A program made the translations under genes and the position numbers. From the IMG/VR virus record IMGVR_UViG_2901040167_000002, positions 5,147-69,146 of that record: DNA of 64,000 nt, one strand, 5' to 3'. Each line of letters begins with the position of its first letter. Position 1 is the first letter of the stretch. The notes beneath the pieces were generated by a model. The model was not told where the DNA came from. It made no database searches and was given only the letters and a program-made list of their open reading frames with translations. This document shows, one piece after another, positions 22,373 through 31,833 of the stretch. This DNA is from a virus (lineage: Duplodnaviria > Caudoviricetes).

Positions 22373-22400
22373 ATTATACTCACATTTGATTACTTTACAA
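22373..22400 (-). promoter_or_regulatory. SigA-type promoter TTGTAA-16-TATAAT with no downstream ORF
   Basis: Consensus-like hexamers; near-duplicate of the promoter at 22599-22626. Confidence 0.55.
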
Positions 22401-22415
22401 TATTTTCACACCATT

Positions 22416-22592
22416 TTGTATATAAAACAGCCGGTTTATACAATCCCTCTCAGAATTATACTTCTTCATTTTTATAGAGGGAAGTGCCTCTTGAATTATA
22501 GTCCTTCAAATATTTATAGAGCGAAGGGACTCTTGAATCTATAGACCGTTTATTAAAGTAAAACAGCGAAAACCTTGAATTATCTTATCTAT
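22416..22592 (-). ncRNA. Tandem pseudoknot array (type III antitoxin-like RNA), three units plus a partial unit and a terminal hairpin
   Basis: AUUCAAG/AUUCUG starts at 22580, 22538, 22496, 22456; each full unit can be drawn as an H-type pseudoknot; AT-rich hairpin at 22416-22443. Confidence 0.65.
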
Positions 22593-22598
22593 ACTTAT

Positions 22599-22626
22599 AT
22601 TATACACATATTTGAGTACTTTGAAA
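22599..22626 (-). promoter_or_regulatory. SigA-type promoter TTTCAA-16-TATAAT upstream of the pseudoknot array
   Basis: Perfect -10 box about 20 nt before the first repeat. Confidence 0.55.
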
Positions 22627-22685
22627 TACCATTTGCACCCTTTTGAGGATTCTTATAAATTGCTATATTTTTTTATTTATATACC

Positions 22686-23477
22686 TTAAGCTACATTATG
22701 TATATCATTTTCAACCTTTTTAATTAATTCAGAATATTTTTCTTTACTAATTTTATTATCTTTTATTAATCTTTTAATTATGTAAAGAACTCCTTTAGGT
22801 TTTATCATAGTCTTATTGTGCCATCTTCCATCTCTCCCAAATACCTTAACAACTTTGAAATAATCATGATATCTTTGATAAGGAATATTACCCTCCATTA
22901 GTATACTTTGATCTCTCATCCATTTGAATAAGTTTGTTCTCCCTAGATGTGGTATATCTAATATCTTTGATAGTATTTTTATTTCTATTAAACCGTCAGT
23001 ATTAGTGAATTTATCAGCTAAGATAACTTTAGGTTGTTGGTCTTCTATTAATTTTTTCTGCTTCTTAGTTATTTCCTGCTCTTCTTTTAATTTAGTTAAT
23101 ATCCCTATCATAAAATCTGGATCTTCAACAGCTTTTTCTAAAACATTATCAGTCATATATGCACCATGTTTACGAATTGTTGGTAATACTTCATCCATAA
23201 CCCAACTTTCAAACTGTTGAGCTTTAGGCAATTTAGACTTTATTATTAACCTATAGATATCACCTTCTGGAATTAATCCAATCATTTGACCACCTTCTTT
23301 AAAGCTGTCGTGTTTTACGACACCTTTACAATGTCTTGATATAGCATCTCTTGGGTTAGAATAGCCTAAGCACTTTGCAATATCCTTTCCAACAAAATAA
23401 GGTTTTTCATCAATCATTAATGATCTTACCTCTCCAAACTCTTGATTCTTAAAAATTTCTAATTCATTATTTTTCAT
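22686..23477 (-). CDS. BRO-N/KilAC phage antirepressor
   Basis: FKNQEFGEVR...PYFVGKDIAKCLGYSNPRDAI...FESWVMDEVLPTIRKHGAY and GRTNLFKWMR. Confidence 0.92.
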   Translation of the reverse strand: MKNNELEIFKNQEFGEVRSLMIDEKPYFVGKDIAKCLGYSNPRDAISRHCKGVVKHDSFKEGGQMIGLIPEGDIYRLIIKSKLPKAQQFESWVMDEVLPTIRKHGAYMTDNVLEKAVEDPDFMIGILTKLKEEQEITKKQKKLIEDQQPKVILADKFTNTDGLIEIKILSKILDIPHLGRTNLFKWMRDQSILMEGNIPYQRYHDYFKVVKVFGRDGRWHNKTMIKPKGVLYIIKRLIKDNKISKEKYSELIKKVENDIHNVA

Positions 23478-23566
23478 TTTTATACCACCTTTATTTTTTA
23501 ATTATTTTATTATTAGATGCGCATATTGTGCATGTCCGAATTTGTTAGTTGAATTTTTTTCTATCA

Positions 23567-24367
23567 TTAAATTAAACATTCTTCTATAAAACTGTATACT
23601 GAATTTTGCTTTAAAGCGGGTATATCCTCCCACTTACTTACATGAAATTCGTTAAAAATCCTATTCTTATACTTTATGTATACATCATCTGTGGCTTTTA
23701 TTTTTCTATTATATCTTTCTTCTAATACATCCTTTAATTTTAAAGACATTGCCTTAGTATTAGCAGCTTTAAAACCTATTAACCTTTTTAATTCTGCTCT
23801 ATCTTCATCATATAATGTTGATTGAATATGTATTGCTTCTTTCATCTCATCTACATTTTTTTTCGATTCCTTTACTACCTCACCGAAAGTTTTACCAACT
23901 TCAGTTATTAATGTAGGTAGAACTCCTTTAATAGTTTCAGTTACCATTTGAGTCAGTTGATTACTATTTACTTGATTAGATAATTCTCCATGCTCTCTTT
24001 TTTCATCCAATGTTGCTAAAAAGTTCTTATAAGCCATAGCTTTTTCTGAGTGACACTCCATAGCCAGTCTCTTGCTCAACCAGCTGCTCATAAAGATTGA
24101 ATTTCTATCATCAGTATTCTCTATTAAATCTGAAATATAACTAACTTCTTCTTTGTATCTTTGTGGGGTGCTATTTTGCACCACGCTTATTTTAGATAAT
24201 TTATCTTTTAAACTTCTCCAATATATTTTAGTGCTACCTTCTCTTCTTCCTTTTTGGGTCAATCCACAGCATTTAGCTGTATGCACTAAATTTACTAATG
24301 TCTCTCCTTTATCAGTTTTTACTTTTACTTCATTTCCTTCAAATAATACGATTTGTTCTTCTTTCAT
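23567..24367 (-). CDS. Antirepressor-like DNA-binding protein (ORF6C-like C-terminus)
   Basis: FEGNEVKV...AKCCGL N-terminus; IFNEFHVSKWEDIP C-terminus. Confidence 0.6.
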   Translation of the reverse strand: MKEEQIVLFEGNEVKVKTDKGETLVNLVHTAKCCGLTQKGRREGSTKIYWRSLKDKLSKISVVQNSTPQRYKEEVSYISDLIENTDDRNSIFMSSWLSKRLAMECHSEKAMAYKNFLATLDEKREHGELSNQVNSNQLTQMVTETIKGVLPTLITEVGKTFGEVVKESKKNVDEMKEAIHIQSTLYDEDRAELKRLIGFKAANTKAMSLKLKDVLEERYNRKIKATDDVYIKYKNRIFNEFHVSKWEDIPALKQNSVYSFIEECLI

Positions 24368-24542
24368 TTTTATTCCACCTTTATATTTTAATTATTTTAT
24401 TATTAATTTTATCTCTCTTACAATTTTTATTATACTACTCTTGAATTTTAAGTCAACATTATTTTTTAATTATTTATATACTATTATGAAATAACCTTAA
24501 TTATCTCATAATAGTATATATTTTTCTAATACTAAAGTCTAT

Positions 24543-25979
24543 TTACACATTATTTTCCTCTAGCTCTTTTAACTTCTCATCTATATTGTATTTGATTCTT
24601 TCCTGTTGTATAAGATCTTTTATATATTTGAAATGATATCCTTTATGGTGCTTTGATTTATTATTACAAACCATAGATATTTGTCCTGGTAACAATTTTA
24701 CACCAAATAAACTTTCTGATTGTCTTGCTAATTCATTGCACCCTGAGAATATTCTATTGTTATCTATACATATTATAGGTTTACAACTTTTCTTTATATA
24801 GGAATAATCTTTTTCACGCATACACCACTGTGAATAGTTGCTCCACCCTAAATCCTCACCGTGCTTAAGATAGTTACGGATAGTATTACATGATAATTTA
24901 AAGTAATTAGATACAATTTTTATATCTTTAGTTCCATTATTCCAAAAATCACAGACTTCTTTTACTCTACTTGAACAAGCATATTCATGACACTTTAACC
25001 AATCTATTTGAGATAAATCATATATATTACTAAGTTCTGAATTTGATATTTCATATTTAATATATTCCATATCACTTTTTTGGCAATCCAATTGTAAATA
25101 TGTTTTTATATTGTTCTTTATAGCTAATTTCTTTTTATCTTCATCATTTTTCTTAATAAATTTCAATGATCTAGCTTTTTCAAATTTTGATTGTTTATAA
25201 TGTAATTCTCCTTGCACTTCTATTAAAATATTATCCCCCTCTATATAGAAATCATAATAGTATTGCGGAGCATTAATTGTATTTAATGGGATCCATTCAA
25301 AATTAGATTTTTGATATTGAAACTTTACATTTAATTGATTTAATACATTGAATACAAATTTTTCAGGATAACTAATACCGTCAGAACACTTAGGACATGA
25401 AAACCTTTTATTTGTTAAATCTGCTATTCTTAATATTTTTTGATAACCACAATCTGGGCATTCCATTAAAACCTCCTTGCTACTAGAGTAACTATACTTA
25501 TAAGAATCCTCTACATTAACAAAATACTTAACTAACTGTGGATGTGTTGTAGCTATATCATTAATACCTTTAATTATTTTTCTATTTGCACAAACAGGGC
25601 ATTTTCTTCCTGCATTATATATTTTGTTTGGAGCAACTTGATATTCATAACCACAGCTGTGTCTTATTAATATTTTTGTATTTGCATTTATATACTCCCC
25701 TATAACTAAGTATTCTCCATGATACTTTTGTTGAAGTTTTTTCTCAAATTCGTCTTGGGAAATACCATTTTTTATTCTTAATCTTTTATTCTTACAATGC
25801 GGGCATTGCTGTCCATGTAAAATATTAGCTGGTGTCATATAAAATTCCTTTCCACAAATATTATGCTTAAATAATAACTTTGTATGAGTATTTGTGTAGT
25901 TTTCTAATACCATATACTCTTCCCCATATTTCTCTTCAAATTCTTTTCTAAATTCTTCATTAGTTTTTCTTCTTCCCAT
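24543..25979 (-). CDS. Free-standing Zn-ribbon/Vsr-like putative homing endonuclease
   Basis: Multiple CPxC motifs, SYPEKFV...YDFYI...IEVQGELHY, NUMOD1-like end; likely start MGRRKT after GGTGA. Confidence 0.8.
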   Translation of the reverse strand: MGRRKTNEEFRKEFEEKYGEEYMVLENYTNTHTKLLFKHNICGKEFYMTPANILHGQQCPHCKNKRLRIKNGISQDEFEKKLQQKYHGEYLVIGEYINANTKILIRHSCGYEYQVAPNKIYNAGRKCPVCANRKIIKGINDIATTHPQLVKYFVNVEDSYKYSYSSSKEVLMECPDCGYQKILRIADLTNKRFSCPKCSDGISYPEKFVFNVLNQLNVKFQYQKSNFEWIPLNTINAPQYYYDFYIEGDNILIEVQGELHYKQSKFEKARSLKFIKKNDEDKKKLAIKNNIKTYLQLDCQKSDMEYIKYEISNSELSNIYDLSQIDWLKCHEYACSSRVKEVCDFWNNGTKDIKIVSNYFKLSCNTIRNYLKHGEDLGWSNYSQWCMREKDYSYIKKSCKPIICIDNNRIFSGCNELARQSESLFGVKLLPGQISMVCNNKSKHHKGYHFKYIKDLIQQERIKYNIDEKLKELEENNV

Positions 25980-26069
25980 AATTACATCACCAATCATTCA
26001 TATTTAATATATTTTTCTTCATATGTATCCAATACAGCTTAGATCAATAAATACAGTTATCATCTATAT

Positions 26070-26306
26070 TTATTTTATTAACACCAAAGCTGTTCCAAAG
26101 CTTGTCCTATTAAAGCTTATTAAATTCTTATCTAATAGTTTAAAAAGTGTATATTTCTCTAAATCAATATTGATATCATTTATACTTAATATTTTATTTT
26201 CTATATGTATTTCTTCTATAACACCGTCTACTCTACCATTTAGATCTGCATATCTAAATCCTTTGCCTATGCTTTCTTTTAATAAATTAGCTATCTCATC
26301 AATCAT
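26070..26306 (-). CDS. Hypothetical protein
   Basis: 78 aa, GGGGAG RBS. Confidence 0.6.
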   Translation of the reverse strand: MIDEIANLLKESIGKGFRYADLNGRVDGVIEEIHIENKILSINDINIDLEKYTLFKLLDKNLISFNRTSFGTALVLIK

Positions 26307-26320
26307 ATTTATCTCTCCCC

Positions 26321-26620
26321 TTATACCAATGTGAAATTATATCTAAAGTGTTCTTTCGAGGTTGTTATTTTAAGTCCTGCTCCCAGTCTAACAACTATTG
26401 TTTCTCCATCTATGCTCTCTATAACTCCACGTATTCCGTTCCATGTCCCTACTAGACAAATTACTTCACGTTTATCTTGTTCTATGTATTTGTCTACTTT
26501 TTTAATAGCTTCTCTTTGCATACCTTTCAACATTGCTGCTAGTTCTATAAGTTCATCGGAACTTTCTGTGTTATTTATTTTCTTTTTGACTTCTTCGATT
26601 ATAGATTCTTTGTTAATCAT
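26321..26620 (-). CDS. Hypothetical protein (KOW/SH3-like C-terminus), divergent from the XRE regulator
   Basis: GAGGTG RBS before MINKES; GTWNGIRGVIESIDGETIVVRL. Confidence 0.6.
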   Translation of the reverse strand: MINKESIIEEVKKKINNTESSDELIELAAMLKGMQREAIKKVDKYIEQDKREVICLVGTWNGIRGVIESIDGETIVVRLGAGLKITTSKEHFRYNFTLV

Positions 26621-26671
26621 TTCTCTCACCTCATAATGTATTTTCATTCGTTGAACTTAACTTATGAGTTT

Positions 26672-26824
26672 ATTATAATCTTCATTATTCCGAATTTCAA
26701 TATCTTTATTCGGAATAATGAATGAAGATATTGAATTTTCTCTTGTATACTCTATAGTTCTCGTGTTTCTATACTTTTTTAATTAAAATAATTATGTTCA
26801 CTATTCCGAACTTTATGTTATAAT
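26672..26824. promoter_or_regulatory. Divergent promoters with three 14 bp operator copies
   Basis: TTCATTATTCCGAA 26681-26694, its exact inverse 26709-26722, TTCACTATTCCGAA 26797-26810; minus-strand TTGAAA-17-TATAAT and plus-strand TGTTATAAT. Confidence 0.7.
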
Positions 26825-26841
26825 ATCATAGAGGTGATTTT

Positions 26842-27192
26842 ATGCTTTCAGATAATTTAAAACATTTTAGAAAAATCAATGGATTAACATTAAAAGAATT
26901 ATCTATTAAGTCTAAAGTAGGTGCAAGCACCATAAGTGAGATAGAAAGTGGTAAAAATGTCAATCCTAGAACTGAAACTTTATCTAAGATAGCTTTGGCT
27001 TTAAATGTAGACGTGAATACTCTTATTAACGGTGAAAATAAGGATATTATAAATATTATTTCTAAAACTTATGAGGTAGATGATGATTTAGCTGAATTTA
27101 TTCATTTATATCTTCAATTGGATGAAGATATGAAAGTTTTAATTAATAACTTTATAGAAAAAATACTCAATAAAAAAGAAGCTATCAAATAG
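26842..27192 (+). CDS. XRE-family HTH repressor
   Basis: LKHFRKINGLTLKELS...STISEIESG...PRTETLSKIALAL; GAGGTG RBS; the only credible plus-strand gene. Confidence 0.92.
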   Translation: MLSDNLKHFRKINGLTLKELSIKSKVGASTISEIESGKNVNPRTETLSKIALALNVDVNTLINGENKDIINIISKTYEVDDDLAEFIHLYLQLDEDMKVLINNFIEKILNKKEAIK

Positions 27193-27212
27193 CTTCTTAA
27201 TTTATATATATT

Positions 27213-27758
27213 TTATTCTTCACCATAATTATATAATATACTGTTTGCTAATTCCTCATCATTATCTTTCTTTTTGACATCATTATAGTTATATTGCTTA
27301 ATTAATTTATTTACCCTTGTAACGAAATCTCCATTTTTATCTTTGAAGCTAAGTATGAATTCTGTTTTTTCTCCCCTAAATTCACATTTAATTATAACAT
27401 AATCTTTATTTATCTCTTCTTTTTTCTTTGATGCTAATCCTAAAGCACCAAATGCTATTACCCTACCAGCTGAAACAGCTGAAACTAATTGTGTCTCGGT
27501 CTTTATTCTACAATCTTCAATATCCTTTATAAATATATCATCACCATATAATCTAACTCTATCTTCAAATAAATATGCACTACCGCCCTCTATGAACCCT
27601 GATTCTTTAAAACCTCCATAGTGATTTACATTAACATAGAACTCAATATATTTTAATCCCTGCTTTTCATAACCTTCTATTTTTTTCTTATGATCTTTAC
27701 TTACTGATATACATGACAAAACAATAAATATAGCAACCAATATTAGAAATATTACCAT
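27213..27758 (-). CDS. Membrane-anchored accessory protein (PH-like domain)
   Basis: N-terminal hydrophobic helix; SAGRVIAFGALGLASKKK motif; own TTGCTT...TATAAT promoter. Confidence 0.65.
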   Translation of the reverse strand: MVIFLILVAIFIVLSCISVSKDHKKKIEGYEKQGLKYIEFYVNVNHYGGFKESGFIEGGSAYLFEDRVRLYGDDIFIKDIEDCRIKTETQLVSAVSAGRVIAFGALGLASKKKEEINKDYVIIKCEFRGEKTEFILSFKDKNGDFVTRVNKLIKQYNYNDVKKKDNDEELANSILYNYGEE

Positions 27759-27856
27759 CTACCTACACTCCCTATTCTTTTGTTAAAAATATACTTACAT
27801 TATACAATCCATCATAATTATAAGCAAATTATTCCATAAAAGAGGAGTAGCTAATA

Positions 27857-29791
27857 CTACTCTCCATTTAACCTTAAATATTTTTCATTTAGAAAATCTA
27901 ACAAGATTTTTAAATTACTTATCTTAATCAAATCTTTTTCTTCTGAAATAACCCCATATAAAGAATCTATGAGTTCTTTAATTTTTTCTATATCCTTAGA
28001 ATAAAATTCCCTTATATTATCAAAATTATATACAAATTTAATAGAAAGAAACAAATTATAAATATTTTTTGCGTTGGATGATCTAATTCTATTAACTAGC
28101 TTACTAATATCAAACTTATTTATAAACTCATTATCACTAATTAATATATTATTACAAGTTCTTACATAAAAATATATATTTTCGCCCCATAATTCATTAT
28201 CACCTAAATAATCATTTATTTCTTTATTTTTTATTATAGTATTTTTATTATCTAAAACTTCTTTAATTTTCTTTATAATTTTATTATATTCATCCCTAAT
28301 CTCTTCATTTATAGGTTGATTATATAAATCTAGATAAATGGCTTTGCCCTCATATTTATCTATTATATCTAGCATGATTTTTTTAACTTCTTCAACCATT
28401 TCTTTGTTAAATCCTATGCTTTTTAGCATTAAGAAATATGAAAGTATCCTTGGAAAAAAATTTATACTATATTTTTTATTTTTTAAAAGAGTGATAATTT
28501 CAAAACATGCATTCCTAATTTCTTCTTCATTAAATAACCAATAATAGCAATAAACATTTAACGGATCCTCATCTTGTAGTTTTTCATATAAATAACTATC
28601 TAATGTAAATCTTATTTTTTCAATATCCAACCTATTACTTACAACATATTCATCAACAAATTTATATCCATATTCACCTTCAAACATCCCTGAATTCGGA
28701 TCAATTGAAATATAACCATACAAGTTCTCCTTTCCCCACTGATTCTTATATATCCCAGATTTATATATAACACAGACTTTAAAGCAATAATCACCTATAC
28801 TCTTTATTAAACTACTGTATTCCTCATAGTTAAATGCTTTTATAATATCATTTAATTTACTAATTTTAAATAAGAAAAGTTCATATGTTCTAAAATTAAT
28901 ATGATTTTGTTTTTCTTCGTATTTAATGTTTAATTCTATATTGCCTATTAATATATTTTTAAGATTATTGTCTTCTATATACTTATTAATTAAACTTATC
29001 TTTACTTCTCTTAAATCCGGATAATACCTTATTGTTGCACCTATTAATTTTTCTTTTATCTTCTCATAAATTATATTTTGATTAAAAATAAATATAGCTC
29101 TTTCCCTTAACTCATCTATATTTATTTTACAATTTCCTTTACTATAATCTGTGAATGCATTACTTTCTAAATTCTTATTTTCTAATTCTTTAAACTCTAT
29201 TCTCTCATTACAAGCCAACATATACTTAAGCTCTAAATTCTTTTCTTCATTACATTTTCCAATTTCTTTTTCATTGGCAACTAATATAACTTTAATCCCA
29301 TCATGCTCAACAAAGTTATTTATATATCCCAATACCTCATTAATATCACAATTACAACGTTCTAAATCATCAAAAATCAATATATAATTTTCTAAACTAC
29401 ATATACATTCCAATATATCTTTTAAATTATTAATATCTATTCCCTTACTCTTGATAAAATCTGATCCTAAACCAGCTAGTGATCCTAAAATTTTTTTAGT
29501 TTTTCCATTTTTATTATTTATAATATTAGCATATATAATATTTGATATCTCTTCGCCTGACTTTATCCCATATAAAGATACATATATAACTTTCTTTGGA
29601 ATATAATTTTCACTTTTCTTACTTTCCTCATATTGTTCCAAATCTTTAATTAGTTTTTCTTTTATGAAATATGTCTTACCACAGCCCCATTCACCATCAA
29701 TTAAGATAGCGTGATTATATATATCATTATTAATATAATCTTTAACTACCTCAACAATTTCATTATCATTTAAATAACCTTGTCCATTCAT
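27857..29791 (-). CDS. KAP-family P-loop NTPase
   Basis: Walker A IDGEWGCGKT, YVSLYG, Walker B LIFDDLERC, YEKIKEKLIG. Confidence 0.88.
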   Translation of the reverse strand: MNGQGYLNDNEIVEVVKDYINNDIYNHAILIDGEWGCGKTYFIKEKLIKDLEQYEESKKSENYIPKKVIYVSLYGIKSGEEISNIIYANIINNKNGKTKKILGSLAGLGSDFIKSKGIDINNLKDILECICSLENYILIFDDLERCNCDINEVLGYINNFVEHDGIKVILVANEKEIGKCNEEKNLELKYMLACNERIEFKELENKNLESNAFTDYSKGNCKINIDELRERAIFIFNQNIIYEKIKEKLIGATIRYYPDLREVKISLINKYIEDNNLKNILIGNIELNIKYEEKQNHINFRTYELFLFKISKLNDIIKAFNYEEYSSLIKSIGDYCFKVCVIYKSGIYKNQWGKENLYGYISIDPNSGMFEGEYGYKFVDEYVVSNRLDIEKIRFTLDSYLYEKLQDEDPLNVYCYYWLFNEEEIRNACFEIITLLKNKKYSINFFPRILSYFLMLKSIGFNKEMVEEVKKIMLDIIDKYEGKAIYLDLYNQPINEEIRDEYNKIIKKIKEVLDNKNTIIKNKEINDYLGDNELWGENIYFYVRTCNNILISDNEFINKFDISKLVNRIRSSNAKNIYNLFLSIKFVYNFDNIREFYSKDIEKIKELIDSLYGVISEEKDLIKISNLKILLDFLNEKYLRLNGE

Positions 29792-29951
29792 CTCATATGT
29801 TCCTTTCTTTGTTTAAATAAGTACAATATCTCAATAAATATAATACTATATCCATACAATTAAGGAAATATATCAATATAAACATAAGCAAATTATTCCA
29901 TAAAAAAGAACATCAATCAATGATGCTCTTAAAATTTATTTATCTAATTAA

Positions 29952-30533
29952 CTATCTAAACTTACATACGTATTTTTCATCGCCTATTGTTAATGTTATT
30001 TTTACTGGCTTTTTAGTTTCTTCTACTTCTTTTGGTAACTCTACTGCCCATCTTATTCCCATTGTCTCTAATGGTTTTATAGACTTAATATTGGCATAAG
30101 AAAATCCTGTTTGAGAATCCTCTGGAATCAGCCATCCTTTATATTCATATCCGTTATCATAGTCTAACTCTATTCTACCTATCTTTTCAACAACCTGATC
30201 TTGTTTATTAGTATTTTTTATATCTGTATCTATTTCTAAATAAACTTTATCTTTATCAGCAGGAAAATGATTATATACGCCCTCTGTTTTATCAGGTAAT
30301 ATATCATTAGTAAACTTTATATTTTTCACTGTGATTTTTAAACCGTCTACATCTAACTTACTACCTTTTTCAAAATTCTTTACATTTTCTTTTACTGTGC
30401 TTTCATCATTTGCTTCACTTTTAGAAGCATTATTACCATCATTAGAATTCTTTTTACTAGAGCTACATCCAGCAACCAGACTCATTAAAAGTAACATTGA
30501 AATTAAAACACTAATTATTTTTTTCTTATTCAT
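29952..30533 (-). CDS. Lipoprotein (DUF4352-like Ig fold)
   Basis: Signal peptide with lipobox LVAGC, S/N/K linker, beta-rich domain ending IKPLET...VELPKEV. Confidence 0.75.
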   Translation of the reverse strand: MNKKKIISVLISMLLLMSLVAGCSSSKKNSNDGNNASKSEANDESTVKENVKNFEKGSKLDVDGLKITVKNIKFTNDILPDKTEGVYNHFPADKDKVYLEIDTDIKNTNKQDQVVEKIGRIELDYDNGYEYKGWLIPEDSQTGFSYANIKSIKPLETMGIRWAVELPKEVEETKKPVKITLTIGDEKYVCKFR

Positions 30534-30716
30534 TTGTATTTCCCCCTATAATTAAATCCTTTTACATTATAAGAAAACTATTACAAATATTCAATATACT
30601 TCATCAACTGTTTACATATAGAATCAATTAATTCTATAAAGTATCTGCTTTAATACCATTCAATTTTTCCCATAAAAAAGAACCTAGTTTGTACACTAGA
30701 TTCTCAATATGTATTG

Positions 30717-31418
30717 TTATTCTTCTTCCATTACCACTTTAAAATAGAATGTAATTATAGATTCACAATAATATGGAACTAACCATAGAAGTCCTACTCC
30801 TAATGATAATACTGATAAGATTCCCCATCCTATGAATGAAAGTTGTAGCTTAAACAATCTCCATTTTTTACCTCTCATAAGCCTTATAGAGTCTCCTATG
30901 CTTTTAAATACACCATTACCTTGAACAACTAAAAATGGTGCAGCAAAATAAAACAATACTATAAATATAAATATAATTATAATACCTATATATATAATAA
31001 TTAATGAAGGTAAAATATTACCTAGGTTACCTAGATTAAATAAATTATTAAAATCAATTGCCATAGCAACTCCTATAAAACCTAAAGCTGATAAGAAAAA
31101 TATTATTAAAGTTATTATAATAAGAACTGCACACAATAATAAATAAAGCCCAAAATATCTTAAAAAAACTTTTATATTAGGAAATCCCTTTTTTAAATCA
31201 ATCTCTTTAGTCTTATAAAAGTTAATATAAAATGCTTTGTAAAAAGTCCCCACAATTGCATTTATAGCTAAGCTTATTAATAAATGAAAATTAAAATCAT
31301 CAGTAAAATATCTAGCTGCAATTGTTATTGCAAAAGTTATCAACGTAAATAAAGCTAATTTTAGCCACTTCCCTTGTAAATCTAATCTTGATTGTTCTCT
31401 TATTTGTTTATTTGTCAT
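30717..31418 (-). CDS. DUF975-family integral membrane protein
   Basis: IREQSRLDLQGKW N-terminus; SIRLMRGKKWRLFKLQLSFIGW...GLLWLVPY motif. Confidence 0.85.
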   Translation of the reverse strand: MTNKQIREQSRLDLQGKWLKLALFTLITFAITIAARYFTDDFNFHLLISLAINAIVGTFYKAFYINFYKTKEIDLKKGFPNIKVFLRYFGLYLLLCAVLIIITLIIFFLSALGFIGVAMAIDFNNLFNLGNLGNILPSLIIIYIGIIIIFIFIVLFYFAAPFLVVQGNGVFKSIGDSIRLMRGKKWRLFKLQLSFIGWGILSVLSLGVGLLWLVPYYCESIITFYFKVVMEEE

Positions 31419-31540
31419 ATGTTTCCCCCTGTAATTAAATTCTTTTACATTATAAGAAAGTTATTACAAGTATTCAATGTAATTCATTAATTGTTTACAT
31501 CTAGAATATATATGATTTAATACCATTCAAATTATTTCAT

Positions 31541-31698
31541 AAAAAAGGAGCAGTAATTAACCACTCCTTTTTAATACTGCCTGTTTTACCAGCTAGAATC
31601 CTGCCTATGCTTGAATAATAAACATAAAGCAATAGATCGATTCAACAGAACCTCTTAAATAAGATTTACATTTTTTGTTTATTTCACTTATTATTATA
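31541..31698 (-). ncRNA. Candidate ~140 nt small RNA cassette
   Basis: TATAAT at 31693-31698; nested stems CUGUU/AACAG, GAAUC/GAUUC, CUAUUGCUU/AAGCAUAG; terminator AAAAAGGAG..CTCCTTTTTT; no meaningful ORF. Confidence 0.45.
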
Positions 31699-31833
31699 CT
31701 ATTAGAGAACAAACTTTTAAATACTTACTTTGTAAAATTATGTTAAATGTTATTTAACATAAACTAAATCCATATTTTCATATAAAAAAAACCTAGTTTA
31801 TCTATTCACTAAGTTCTTTTTAAACAGCTTCTA

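Noticed and set aside
21987-22580. CRISPR mini-array
   Set aside because: No cas genes in the window, no spacer-length unique sequence between constant repeats, and the variable parts are base-paired stems; resemblance of GAAGGGACT to Cas13a repeats is too short to support
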